Shown: positions 1-9,270, counted from the first letter of the whole stretch. The stretch is DNA of 63,846 nt, filler included, from an uncultured bacterium (GCA_964609495.1; 7 parts of 7 records of this genome joined end to end with filler, not necessarily neighbours in it), one strand, 5' to 3'. Translations and numbers: made by a program. Notes: generated by a model not told the origin, from the letters alone.

Positions 1-685
1 CAAGGGTACGTAGTCTGCCTTTGCTCTTGAATAAACAGATATCGAGCAATCCGTCATCTAATTTAGCTAAGGATGATATCCCGAATCTTCCGGCATAATA
101 TCTAGAATTGCCGATGACCGCGAAGTATCCTCTAAGTTCTCTATCTTCCTCATCCAGCTCAAGATGTAGTTCAGGTGGATTATATCTGATCAGAAGCTTG
201 AAGCCGTTGAGAATAAAAGCCAATTTCCTAAGCCATTTCTTAGCTAGTGGTCCGACCTCTCGAACGATTTGGGCGTCTAAGCCTATCCCCGCCATAAGGA
301 CGAAATAGCGATCTCCTGCTCTCCCCAGATCGACGGTCCTGCTCCTCCCCGCAAGAATTACTTGACAAGCCTGATGGATATTCAAAGGAAGATCAAGCTC
401 TAAGGCAAAGACATTAACCATCCCCGCGGGAATTATCCCCAGCCTCGCTTCCGATCTGGCTATACCGTTTATAATCTCGTTTACTGTCCCATCTCCCCCC
501 ATAGCGATTACTAATTCGCTACTTTTCTCAACAGCTTGCCGAGCGATGGTAGTTGCTTCTCCCTTCCTATCGGTTACATAAACCTTTAGCTTATTTAATC
601 CTCGCCCTAGTATAGCTTTCACTTCTTTTGTAGTTTTTCGGTTTATCCGAGTGGAGTTGGGATTGATTATCAAAATAGCGCTCAT
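1..685 (-). CDS. Diacylglycerol/lipid kinase family protein (YegS/BmrU-like), 3' end outside window
   Basis: Not in ORF track. Manual translation from ATG 685: MSAILIINPNS...VIAMGGDGTVNEIING...LGIIPAGMVNVFA...DLG...FVLMAGIGLDA...LDDGLLD. ATGA overlap with the upstream gene. Confidence 0.9.
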   Translation of the reverse strand, partial: MSAILIINPNSTRINRKTTKEVKAILGRGLNKLKVYVTDRKGEATTIARQAVEKSSELVIAMGGDGTVNEIINGIARSEARLGIIPAGMVNVFALELDLPLNIHQACQVILAGRSRTVDLGRAGDRYFVLMAGIGLDAQIVREVGPLAKKWLRKLAFILNGFKLLIRYNPPELHLELDEEDRELRGYFAVIGNSRYYAGRFGISSLAKLDDGLLDICLFKSKGRLRTL

Positions 686-1788
686 ATCAGTAGATGAAGA
701 TTACCGATCTTTACTCTGGTCAAACCGGCATCCAAAGCGGCTTGCTTACACTCCTGGGCATGTAGCTTGGAGGTTTGCGGTAGATCGTGTAGATAAAAAT
801 TGGGGTGAAATGCTAATAGGGAATAGGGGATATCTGGATCGAGATCGGCGATGAAGTGGGCGATGTTGCTAACTTCTTCAACGTCTATATAGCCGGGAAT
901 AAGTAAAGTACTGGCTATTAGGAAGGGAGGATCTGGTCTCTCCTTCGTCCATTGAGCTAGATAGCGAAAGTTCTCCAGAGTCCGTTGGTTAGTTATTCCG
1001 CATAGGGCTATGTTTATATTCTCATTCCAAGCTTTGAGATCGAATTTGATACAGCCACCCGATTTCAGGGAGAGTTCGGCGGCTTTCTCCAAATAAGCTC
1101 TGTTCATCGAGCCATTCGTCTCCCAACAGATTCTTAATATTCTGCCCTTCGCTCGCTCAAGAGCTAACTCGGAAGCTCTTAAGGCATGAGGCATTTGCGG
1201 AGTAGGATCGCCTCCGAAGTAACATATACAAGCGGTGCGATTATCAACTGCCTCGGCTAATTCCTCGGCACTTCTAAAGTGAGGATCGCTTAATAGATCC
1301 CGATAGTGCCAATTCTGGCAGAATAGACAGTTGAAGGAACAAGCTCCGTAGAAAACAGCCAAGTTTTTATAGCCATACTCCGCCCCAGAGGAATAGGAGA
1401 ATTTAGGATAACCAGCGGAGGTCCCCGCCGGACATACCCAATCAGCGACGCAATTAGTCGGGAGAGGATCGTAATACCAGTCTGCTAATCCTTTTTGGGC
1501 TGTCCCTGCTATATGAGATAATTTTCCTTCTCTATTCTCTCTTAAACCGCAATATCCTCTTTCTCCTGGAGGTATAGAACACTCATTCACACAGAGATAG
1601 CACTTCGCTCCCTCTGGAGAACGAGGAGGTTTGAGAGGAAGATCGAATTCCCTTCTAGTCTCAGCGTGAACTCTTTGAATATGATCGAATACCTTCTCTC
1701 CTCCTTGTTTTAAACACGAGGCACAAATACCCAGGGTGGAGGTGATAAGTTTCGATACCCTTCCACATATTATACACCTGCCGCTCAT
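682..1788 (-). CDS. Radical SAM protein (PflA-like/AmmeMemoRadiSam-like) with Cys-rich N-terminus
   Basis: CSFNCLFCQN (CxxxCxxC), YFGGDP, WETNG; N-terminal CxxC pairs. Probable ATG at 1788 (track start 1803). Confidence 0.85.
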   Translation of the reverse strand: MSGRCIICGRVSKLITSTLGICASCLKQGGEKVFDHIQRVHAETRREFDLPLKPPRSPEGAKCYLCVNECSIPPGERGYCGLRENREGKLSHIAGTAQKGLADWYYDPLPTNCVADWVCPAGTSAGYPKFSYSSGAEYGYKNLAVFYGACSFNCLFCQNWHYRDLLSDPHFRSAEELAEAVDNRTACICYFGGDPTPQMPHALRASELALERAKGRILRICWETNGSMNRAYLEKAAELSLKSGGCIKFDLKAWNENINIALCGITNQRTLENFRYLAQWTKERPDPPFLIASTLLIPGYIDVEEVSNIAHFIADLDPDIPYSLLAFHPNFYLHDLPQTSKLHAQECKQAALDAGLTRVKIGNLHLLI

Positions 1789-1871
1789 AGCATTCCCCTT
1801 CAATGATTTTGAGAATTACCCAGTAGCAGATAATCAGCGGTCGAATTTGAGGATCCGACCGTTATAAGGAC

Positions 1872-2108
1872 GAAGCATGTAAACTTTGTGCTGGGGAATA
1901 TGATTCTCCCCTCACCCTGGCCCTCTCCCACGAGGGGAAAAAGGTAACTTTTTTAACCATGAGTTCTATTTGAAGCAAAAAAGTTACCTTTTAGGGAACA
2001 TCGAGATAAGCTCGATCTCTTTAGTTCCCCCCTCCCTTGACGGGAGGGGCTAGGGGAGGATGATCTAAGGAAATTTAAATCTGCCAGCATGATATTCTAC
2101 ATGCTTAC
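1872..2108. repeat. Composite palindromic element: GAAGCATGTA/TACATGCTT ends, BoxC-like CCCTCTCCC/GGGAGGGG core, nested hairpin at 1939-1992
   Basis: Near-identical to 16787-17158; core recurs at 3085, 9361, 10687, 45429, 46918. Confidence 0.9.
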
Positions 2109-2124
2109 TTATAAGGAATTTATC

Positions 2125-2153
2125 TTGACATATCGGCTATATCTTGTTATAAT
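2125..2153 (+). promoter_or_regulatory. Sigma70-type promoter upstream of FHA gene 1
   Basis: TTGACA-17 bp-TATAAT with extended -10 TG; perfect consensus. Confidence 0.8.
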
Positions 2154-2309
2154 TCAACAGGATAGATTACTCTTTGGAAATCGAGATGTAGGAATCTATC
2201 CTTGATGATCTTCTGTGGCTCCCATTTGGAAGTCGGACGAGAGCATAAGATTTTAACCGTCATTTTGGGAATTACCAATATTGCAGAAGTTCCAACTAGA
2301 TTTACTTTA

Positions 2310-2338
2310 ATTATATAAAAATTTTAAAGCAAAATCAA
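2310..2338 (-). promoter_or_regulatory. Putative sigma70 promoter facing the 2125 promoter
   Basis: TTGATT-17 bp-TATAAT on the minus strand. Confidence 0.5.
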
Positions 2339-2436
2339 GGAAGATCGTATATATAGTGATAATAGGGTTAAGTCCCCCTTGATACTTGGATTTTCAGGAA
2401 AGATGAGAGAATATTGCTAGTTAGGAGTAGAAAGTT

Positions 2437-2814
2437 ATGAGAAGGTATAAATTCACAAGTAGTTCTTGTCCTATAACTATTGGGCGGGAAGAGTCCAATG
2501 GTATTTCCCTTCCAGCCGATAAGGTCTCAGAGCAACATGCGGAGATCAGGTATGAGGATAGCTTTGTTATCTATGATAAGGATTCTCTAAATGGTACCTT
2601 TGTAAGTTCTGAAGCTAAAGGATTAGGAAGGATAAGCAAGAAGAAGCTGGAAGATGAGGATTTGATTCATATAGGACTAAGTGGCTATGTGCTAAGGGCT
2701 AAAATAGAAGGCAATAGCTTATTACTGGAAGAAATAAAGGTCCCCTCTGCTCTAGAAGCCTCCGATTTTACCGATGGGATCAAAAAGAGGACCAAAAGGT
2801 GGTATGAAGATTAA
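2437..2814 (+). CDS. FHA domain protein, copy 1
   Basis: ITIGR...VSEQHA...DSLNGT (FHA GR, SxxH, NG motifs); AGGAG RBS. Confidence 0.9.
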   Translation: MRRYKFTSSSCPITIGREESNGISLPADKVSEQHAEIRYEDSFVIYDKDSLNGTFVSSEAKGLGRISKKKLEDEDLIHIGLSGYVLRAKIEGNSLLLEEIKVPSALEASDFTDGIKKRTKRWYED

Positions 2815-3017
2815 TTTCGCGATTCCTCCTAAATTAGGGGGAAGCTCTTTACGGCGAAACAGATAGACGATGGGAAGGTATATCCACCCTATTGTAGGAT
2901 GTAGGAATCTATCCTTGATGATCTTCTGTGGCTCCTCCTTGGAAGCTGGACGAGAGCATAAGATTTTAACCGTTTGGTACTTGGATTTTCAGGAAAGATG
3001 AGAGAATACCACTATAG

Positions 3018-3251
3018 TTGGTCCTTGAGCTTCTAATCGGAGTATCATATTCTTAGTTTTTTACTAATGGGTTCAAGATATAATCCCCCCCTCACCCTAT
3101 CCCTCTCCCACGAGGGGAGAGGGGACATCGAGATAGAGCTGATCTCTTTAGTTCCCCCCCTCCCTCGATGGAAGGGGCCCAGGGGGAGGGTGGATTCGAG
3201 ATCTAACAGGAGAAAAACCCTCAATAGCCCTATTAATTCGGCAAAGACTAA
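3018..3251. mobile_element. 234-bp MITE-like insertion carrying the BoxC-like core
   Basis: Absent at the paralogous site upstream of FHA copy 1. Imperfect end IRs TTGGTCCTTG/CAAAGACTAA, TAG on both sides. The same left end recurs at 63781. Confidence 0.65.
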
Positions 3252-3267
3252 TAGTTAGGAGTATATT

Positions 3268-3639
3268 ATGAAAGGTATAAGAAAACACGAATTTACAGGC
3301 AGTTCTTGTCCTATAACTATTGGGCGGGGAGAGTCCAATGATATTTCCCTTCCAGCCGATAAGGTCTCAGAGCAACATGCGGAGATCAGATATGAGGATA
3401 GCTTTGTTATCTATGATAAGGATTCTCTAAATGGCACCCTTGTCCGACATAAAGCCAAGGGATTAGAGAAAATAAGCAGGAAGAAGCTGGAAGATGGAGA
3501 TTTGATTCATATAGGACTAAGTGGCTATGTGCTAAGGGCTAAAATAGAAGGCGATAGCTTATTACTGGAAGAAATAAAGATCCCCTCTGCTCTAGAAGCC
3601 TCCGATTTTACCGATGGGACCAGGAGGTGGTATGAGTAA
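3268..3639 (+). CDS. FHA domain protein, copy 2 (tandem paralog)
   Basis: Long identical nucleotide tracts shared with 2437-2814; FHA motifs intact. Confidence 0.9.
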   Translation: MKGIRKHEFTGSSCPITIGRGESNDISLPADKVSEQHAEIRYEDSFVIYDKDSLNGTLVRHKAKGLEKISRKKLEDGDLIHIGLSGYVLRAKIEGDSLLLEEIKIPSALEASDFTDGTRRWYE

Positions 3640-3660
3640 AGATCAACTTCACGATCCCCC

Positions 3661-4548
3661 CTAAATTAGAGGAAGCTTTTTTATAACAGCCCGTAAGGTT
3701 AAATCTCCCGGAGGCAGATCATCGGTATCTGGGAGATAGCCATTGTTGAGCATCCAGATAGAGCAATTCTTCAGATCTCCTATGGTGACAACTAGAAGGT
3801 TTGCCTGCTCAAAGGTTAAATCATAGAGCCTCATAACTGCGTTTACTAACTCTCCTACGGCCTCTTTGGCCGCTAGGCTATAGCTCTGCCCTGTAACTAC
3901 AGCCATAATCTCGGTGTCAGTTTCGACTAGGGGCCAGCTGCTCTCTAGCTTAGTACTCTTTTCCACCTTTAGCTTGACCTCAGAGGCGATCTCGACTCCC
4001 GTACCGCTTATCTCTCCATCGCCTTGGATCGCATGAATATCCGCTAAACATAGCATCCCCCCCTCTACCTGAGCATTAAAATAGACGCGAGAGCCGATGT
4101 GGATAGCGGGACAGTCCATATTCCCGCCGTGTTTACTCGGCGGGTTGTTCATTATCGCTCGCCATCCCCAGGCTTCCTTCTCGATCCGATCCGTAATATC
4201 ATCATCAGGGGCAGGAAACACTCCGATAACTCCGATCATAGGATCTATGGGGACTTTTATATCGGAGGGGAATATAGCGCAGTTATCTTCGATACGGATA
4301 GGAACTTCTTCTCCCTTCCTAAGGGGACCTCCATTATTCGCGATCCCGTCTCCTACTAGCTTTATATCCTCTATAGTGACGATCATCGTATTCCCAGGAT
4401 TGATCCCCTCAATATATATGGGGCCATTGACTTTATTAAACATCTCAGTCTCGACTATTATAGATTCTCCCAAGCTCACCGAAGCTGCTGGCTCAGGCCA
4501 CCTATCAGGTGGACCACCATTGATATTTTCTCTTCTTATCCTCTTCAT
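3661..4548 (-). CDS. Acetamidase/formamidase family protein
   Basis: GPIYIEG, PMIGVIGV, HGGNMD, DIHAIQGDGEISGTGVE. Probable ATG 4548 after GGAGG (track start 4620). Confidence 0.85.
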   Translation of the reverse strand: MKRIRRENINGGPPDRWPEPAASVSLGESIIVETEMFNKVNGPIYIEGINPGNTMIVTIEDIKLVGDGIANNGGPLRKGEEVPIRIEDNCAIFPSDIKVPIDPMIGVIGVFPAPDDDITDRIEKEAWGWRAIMNNPPSKHGGNMDCPAIHIGSRVYFNAQVEGGMLCLADIHAIQGDGEISGTGVEIASEVKLKVEKSTKLESSWPLVETDTEIMAVVTGQSYSLAAKEAVGELVNAVMRLYDLTFEQANLLVVTIGDLKNCSIWMLNNGYLPDTDDLPPGDLTLRAVIKKLPLI

Positions 4549-4681
4549 TATAAAACCTCCAATAATACCGGGGATTGGGAAGTCGAAATTAGAAGCGATC
4601 ATCTGATTCCCAATTTCCAATAATAAGAACCGAGGGTGACCTTGAACTGCTCCTTCTCACATAATATTAGTCTCTAAATTT

Positions 4682-6016
4682 TTATATCTCTTCCTCAAAT
4701 CTAGCTTCTACCGCCCTCCTATGAGCCAAGAATCCCTCTTTCTCCGCGATGGTCTTCACCGTCTCGCTTATACTCCGCAAGCCTTCTTTGCTCAACTCCT
4801 GGACCTCCGTCTTCTTCAGATACTCTCCCACCGAGAGGGGTGAGAACATCCTGGCATAGCCAGCGGTGGGGAGGACGTGATTTGAGCCAGAGGCGTAATC
4901 ACTCGCGGCAACTGGAGAATATGGTCCTAGGAAGATAGAACCAGCGTTATTTATCTTATCCAAGATCGAACTGGGATCCTCTATCATTATCTCTAAGTGT
5001 TCGGAGGCATAATCGTTGGCGAATGAAATGAAGTCATCCAGAGTATCAGTTGTTATTATCATCCCATAGCTTTCGAGTGAATGTTCTATCGCCTCTTTAG
5101 TTGCTATATTCTCCTTTCTTAATTCAACCTGCCTCTCAACCTCTTCCGCCAATCTCTCAGAGGTGGTGATCAGGACACTGGAGGAGTCGAAGCCGTGTTC
5201 CGCTTGAGAGATAAGATCGGCGGCTATGAAGCGAGGATCTCCGGTCTCATCAGCGATTATTAGTATCTCCGAAGGACCTGGGAGGCTATCAATAGCGACC
5301 TCTCCACTGCTGAAAGCTAGTATCTTAGCCGCTACCACATAGTTATTACCAGGGCCTAGTATCTTATATACCTTGGGAACAGTTTCTGTTCCATAGGTCA
5401 TCGCCGCGATCGCCTGCGCTCCCCCGATCCTGTATATAGCAGTAAAGCTCACTATATCAGCGGTAACTAGAGTTACCGCAGGGGGAGCGAATTGACCTTC
5501 GGATTTTGACGCCTCATCTCCTCCCGATGTAGGAGGGACGCATAATATTCTCTCTTTGCATCCCGCAACTCTCGCTGGAACTCCGGTCATTATCACCGAA
5601 GAAGGATAGGGCGCTCTACCTCCGGGAGCATATATCCCTACCTTTTCAATAGGTCGCCACATCCAGCCCACTTTGATCCCTTCATCAATATCGATCATAG
5701 CTGGCTTAGGAAGTTGAGCCTGATGGAATCTCTCCACATTTGCCACAGCTTGCTTGATACTCCTTATCAGCTTATCATCAACTTTATTATACGCAGATTC
5801 TATCTCCTCAGAGGAGACGCGGAAATCGTCTATCTCGACTTTATCGAATTTAAGAGTCCATTTCCTGACCGCCTCATCTCCCTTCTCCTTGACCTCCTCC
5901 ATTATCTCTCTGATCTGAGGGATGATCTCATCGAACTCGGCAGAAGATCTCTCCATTATCCTTTTATAGTCCTGTGAAGATATATCTTTTAGTTTGCAGA
6001 TCTTCAAACTTATCAC
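4682..6016 (-). CDS. hisD: Histidinol dehydrogenase
   Basis: GIYAPGG...YPSS, GGAQAIAA, GPGN, GPSE, DLISQAEH, EHLE, NAGSIFLG, DYASGSNHVLPT. Confidence 0.92.
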   Translation of the reverse strand: MISLKICKLKDISSQDYKRIMERSSAEFDEIIPQIREIMEEVKEKGDEAVRKWTLKFDKVEIDDFRVSSEEIESAYNKVDDKLIRSIKQAVANVERFHQAQLPKPAMIDIDEGIKVGWMWRPIEKVGIYAPGGRAPYPSSVIMTGVPARVAGCKERILCVPPTSGGDEASKSEGQFAPPAVTLVTADIVSFTAIYRIGGAQAIAAMTYGTETVPKVYKILGPGNNYVVAAKILAFSSGEVAIDSLPGPSEILIIADETGDPRFIAADLISQAEHGFDSSSVLITTSERLAEEVERQVELRKENIATKEAIEHSLESYGMIITTDTLDDFISFANDYASEHLEIMIEDPSSILDKINNAGSIFLGPYSPVAASDYASGSNHVLPTAGYARMFSPLSVGEYLKKTEVQELSKEGLRSISETVKTIAEKEGFLAHRRAVEARFEEEI

Positions 6017-6025
6017 CTCTTAATC

Positions 6026-6961
6026 TTAGTAAGTCAATAGCTTATGTTCTCTCACTATTCTGTAATATCTACTAGCCATATCTCTTAGCTCTTTATAGGG
6101 TCGCTTTCCTATCATCACTAGAGTTGCTTGATACAATATCCTAAGTAGAAAATCTAAGCTGAAGATTATCTTCAATCCCAACGCTTGACCAATTCCTTCA
6201 TACTTCCTGAAGTAGGTGAACATATTGATGAAATACTCCTCTATCCACCTCTCGCCCATCCTCTTGAGATCATGCCCCTTCTCATGTATTATCTCAGCCT
6301 CTGGAATTAGGTATATTTCATAACCTTTATCATGTATTCTACGGCATAGATCCACATCGTTGAATAGGATAGGAAAGCTTTTATCCATTAAATCCTCCCC
6401 CTTGAATAGTCCGGTTTTAATCATCAGGCAGGAGGCAGGAGGTTGCTCTATCGTTCGAACTTGATTGAAATCATCATCCTTCATCAGATAAGAGCGAATG
6501 ATCTTGCTATTTTTGAAGAATCTATTGGGAACACTCCAGAGCAGAACCATCGTCCAAAAGGTGGGAAAACGAGCGTAATAATTTTGAAAAGAGCCATCGG
6601 GATTGAGCAGTCTGGCACAGACAGCTCCAGCTTCATCATTATTATCCAGAAATTCCACCATCTTCTCTAGGGAATTTGGAGCGACAACTGTATCAGGATT
6701 CAATAGTAGGAAGTTTCTTCCTTTAGCCATACGGTAAGCTTGATTATTAGCTTTAGCGAAGCCAAGATTAGAGTCGTTCTCGATCAGATTTAGCTGGGGG
6801 AAAGAGCTTCTCACCATCTTTACGCTTCCATCTTGGGAGTTGTTATCTATTACGATCACTTCATAAGCTATCCCTTCGACATTCTCCACTATCGAATTTA
6901 AACAGCGATTCAGCATATCCTCAGCATTCCAATTGACAATTGATATGGATAAATCTAGCAT
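6026..6961 (-). CDS. Glycosyltransferase family 2
   Basis: SIVNWN, IDNNSQDGS, NLGFAKANN, LLNPD, DVDLC. Confidence 0.92.
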   Translation of the reverse strand: MLDLSISIVNWNAEDMLNRCLNSIVENVEGIAYEVIVIDNNSQDGSVKMVRSSFPQLNLIENDSNLGFAKANNQAYRMAKGRNFLLLNPDTVVAPNSLEKMVEFLDNNDEAGAVCARLLNPDGSFQNYYARFPTFWTMVLLWSVPNRFFKNSKIIRSYLMKDDDFNQVRTIEQPPASCLMIKTGLFKGEDLMDKSFPILFNDVDLCRRIHDKGYEIYLIPEAEIIHEKGHDLKRMGERWIEEYFINMFTYFRKYEGIGQALGLKIIFSLDFLLRILYQATLVMIGKRPYKELRDMASRYYRIVREHKLLTY

Positions 6962-6962
6962 A

Positions 6963-7817
6963 TCACTGAACCTTTCGCGCCGCTACCCTCAATAACTCTC
7001 CTTTTCCCAGCATCTCGACTGCTCTCCAAACTACTTTCTTTACAGCTCTCTTGAGCGGCTGCCAACGTTTATTATCCACGAAATCTACGGGGATCCTCTT
7101 CTTCCTCAAGTCGGGCAGGGGAGATACCCCTCCAGATACGGTAATAGCTCGAATTATTTTGAAATTGGTTTTCTTTAGAAGCTTTCCTAAAGTATCAGGA
7201 GAGAAGTGATATAGATGATATTGAGGGACGAAATGATACCACCGCTCTTTATATTTTTGAGCAGAGAGGCTCTCGATATTAGGCACTTCTAGGGCTAGTA
7301 TTCCCTCGGGCTTAAGGAGGCGATTTATCTCTCGCAGTTCCCCTTTAGGATCGGCACAATGTTCCAAGGTGTGCCAAAGGACAGCCGCCTCAAAGTAGTT
7401 ATCAGGATAGGCTCTATCTCGCAGATAACCTGTGAATACTTCGATATTGAACTTCTCACGAGCATAATTTGTAGCATAAGCCGATATATCGGTTCCTTCT
7501 ACTGACCAACCATCCCTTCTAGCCATAGCTAGAAAGAAACCAGCCGCACAACCCACCTCTATCAGCTTACCCTTTTTATTTGCCTGACTATTTAGGAAAT
7601 CGAGCCTCTCTTTTGCCTCCCTCTCTCTAGCCTCTATATCAGCTATATAATCCTCGTAGTTGTCTCCCAGAAAATATCTTGCTGAATACCGATCATTCTC
7701 CTCGGGATCACTATAAGTATATATCAAACCACAATTTGAGCACTTAACCACTCGAATTCCATCTTTGATCAGATATAGATCGTATGTGGTTGAGCCACAT
7801 ATATTACAACTTCTCAT
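6963..7817 (-). CDS. Class I SAM-dependent methyltransferase with N-terminal Zn-ribbon (polysaccharide-locus type)
   Basis: CxxC...CxxC, EVGCAAG, WHTLEH, LKPEG, HLYHFS. Confidence 0.88.
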   Translation of the reverse strand: MRSCNICGSTTYDLYLIKDGIRVVKCSNCGLIYTYSDPEENDRYSARYFLGDNYEDYIADIEAREREAKERLDFLNSQANKKGKLIEVGCAAGFFLAMARRDGWSVEGTDISAYATNYAREKFNIEVFTGYLRDRAYPDNYFEAAVLWHTLEHCADPKGELREINRLLKPEGILALEVPNIESLSAQKYKERWYHFVPQYHLYHFSPDTLGKLLKKTNFKIIRAITVSGGVSPLPDLRKKRIPVDFVDNKRWQPLKRAVKKVVWRAVEMLGKGELLRVAARKVQ

Positions 7818-7827
7818 TCGGGTTCTC

Positions 7828-9270
7828 CTATACTACTCGCTCTCGGTTGAAAGCCAGAGCGCGGCGAAAGATCGACAGATCATCTTCCCCCAGTCCTTTA
7901 AGCAGAGTTAAGGTCACCACATAGATTATCGCCGAGGTGGGGATTAATATCCATAGGCTTGCTTCCCTGAGGCTGTATAGATAAGCTCCCATTACCAACA
8001 CAGATAGAATAGGTTTCCAAGAGAGCTTTAAGGGATTGATGCGATATAGATAACGAGATACTAAATAGTATAGTAACATAAATCCAGTGAATTCAGTTAT
8101 CAGGGTTGCCACTCCAGCCCCGACATAACTAAAGCGCGGGATGAGGATAAGATTTAGAGCTATATTGAGAACTGTATTTATCGCCCCCACTAATAACCAT
8201 TCTAGCTGACGATTTATGACGATCAATATGCGTCCATAGGGAGCATTGATGAAGGTCAGGGCTAGCGACCAGATCAGGATACGAAGGACCGGGATCGAGT
8301 TGATATATTCCTCCTTATAAATGAGCAGTATGAATCTATCAGCGAGGATGGAGACTCCCATAGCGAGCGGTAACCCTAACATCAAAAGATAGGTAAATGA
8401 TTTCTCATATACCCGATACAGGCTATCCTTAGAGGTCTTGTAGAATCTGGACATAACTGGAAATAATGATATCATAAAGCTTTCCGAGACGAACATCAGG
8501 GCTTCTATTATCTTATAGGCACTTCCGTACCAGCCTGAGGCCTCATCTCCCTTCATCCACTCTAACATAAGTATATCGATTCTAAGGTAGATCATACTCA
8601 ACAGTCCTAAGAGGACAAAGGGATAAGCCAGAGACATCAGCGATTTTGAGAATTCGAGATCGAATTTCCAATCGGGCGCTCCAAAGCGCTTAGTTACGAG
8701 AGCGAAGCTCACAATTACTCCGACTATCTCCGCCAAAAAACATACCATAATTAAAGGTATTACTCCGAGACCGTTTAGAAGGACTAATAATCCCAGACCA
8801 GTTTTGAATACATCGACTATGATGGAGAGGATAGCTCGATATTCTATATGCTCAAAAGCATCGGAGTATGCCCAGAGGGTTTTCTTTGTTGAGGAGAAGA
8901 GGATGGAGGACACCCAGATCGTAAGTGCTAAGGAGGTCTCACGGGGGGAATGTTTCATCAGGGCGAATATATAGACCGAGATCATCACCAGCAAGGATAG
9001 AAGGAACTTGGTGATTAGCACATTGCCGAGATACTTGCCCCCTTGGGTCTTATCTTTTGCTACCTCCCGCACTACCAAGTTATCCAATCCGAAGTCGGCT
9101 ATGACAGCTACTATGCCCACGAGGGCGGTCACGTAAAGGAAGCGACCGTAGGCGGCACCTCCCAGCATCCTAGCGGCAAAGACCCAGAAAAAGAAACCTA
9201 TTCCTATATTAAGTAGGCGGGATAAGAGAAGGGAGGCGATGTTCCTAGCGATATTAGCTATCGGATTCAA
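7828..9270 (-). CDS. Wzx-type polysaccharide flippase
   Basis: About 14 hydrophobic segments, DFGL, RIDILML, GWY; clustered with GT2. Confidence 0.9.
   Translation of the reverse strand: MNPIANIARNIASLLLSRLLNIGIGFFFWVFAARMLGGAAYGRFLYVTALVGIVAVIADFGLDNLVVREVAKDKTQGGKYLGNVLITKFLLSLLVMISVYIFALMKHSPRETSLALTIWVSSILFSSTKKTLWAYSDAFEHIEYRAILSIIVDVFKTGLGLLVLLNGLGVIPLIMVCFLAEIVGVIVSFALVTKRFGAPDWKFDLEFSKSLMSLAYPFVLLGLLSMIYLRIDILMLEWMKGDEASGWYGSAYKIIEALMFVSESFMISLFPVMSRFYKTSKDSLYRVYEKSFTYLLMLGLPLAMGVSILADRFILLIYKEEYINSIPVLRILIWSLALTFINAPYGRILIVINRQLEWLLVGAINTVLNIALNLILIPRFSYVGAGVATLITEFTGFMLLYYLVSRYLYRINPLKLSWKPILSVLVMGAYLYSLREASLWILIPTSAIIYVVTLTLLKGLGEDDLSIFRRALAFNRERVV

Noticed and set aside
682-1788. 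Radical SAM protein as the activase for the glycyl radical enzyme
   Set aside because: It is on a different contig, coupled to a lipid kinase gene, and its architecture is not that of a canonical GRE activase.
2147-2263. 38-aa minus-strand ORF (MTVKILCSRP...) below the antisense promoter
   Set aside because: No RBS, the start codon is lost in the duplicated copy, and no motif is recognisable.
3067-3258. 63-aa ORF
   Set aside because: Lies almost entirely within the palindromic repeat; chance frame.
2437-3639. FHA pair as template/variable repeats of a diversity-generating retroelement
   Set aside because: Differences run in both directions and include non-adenine positions, both copies are intact ORFs with RBS, and there is no reverse transcriptase in the window.
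4097-4606. Antisense ORFs in the track (e.g. 4097-4606, 32187-32780, 40736-41224, 59178-59606)
   Set aside because: They are shadows of well-supported genes on the opposite strand, with no motifs.
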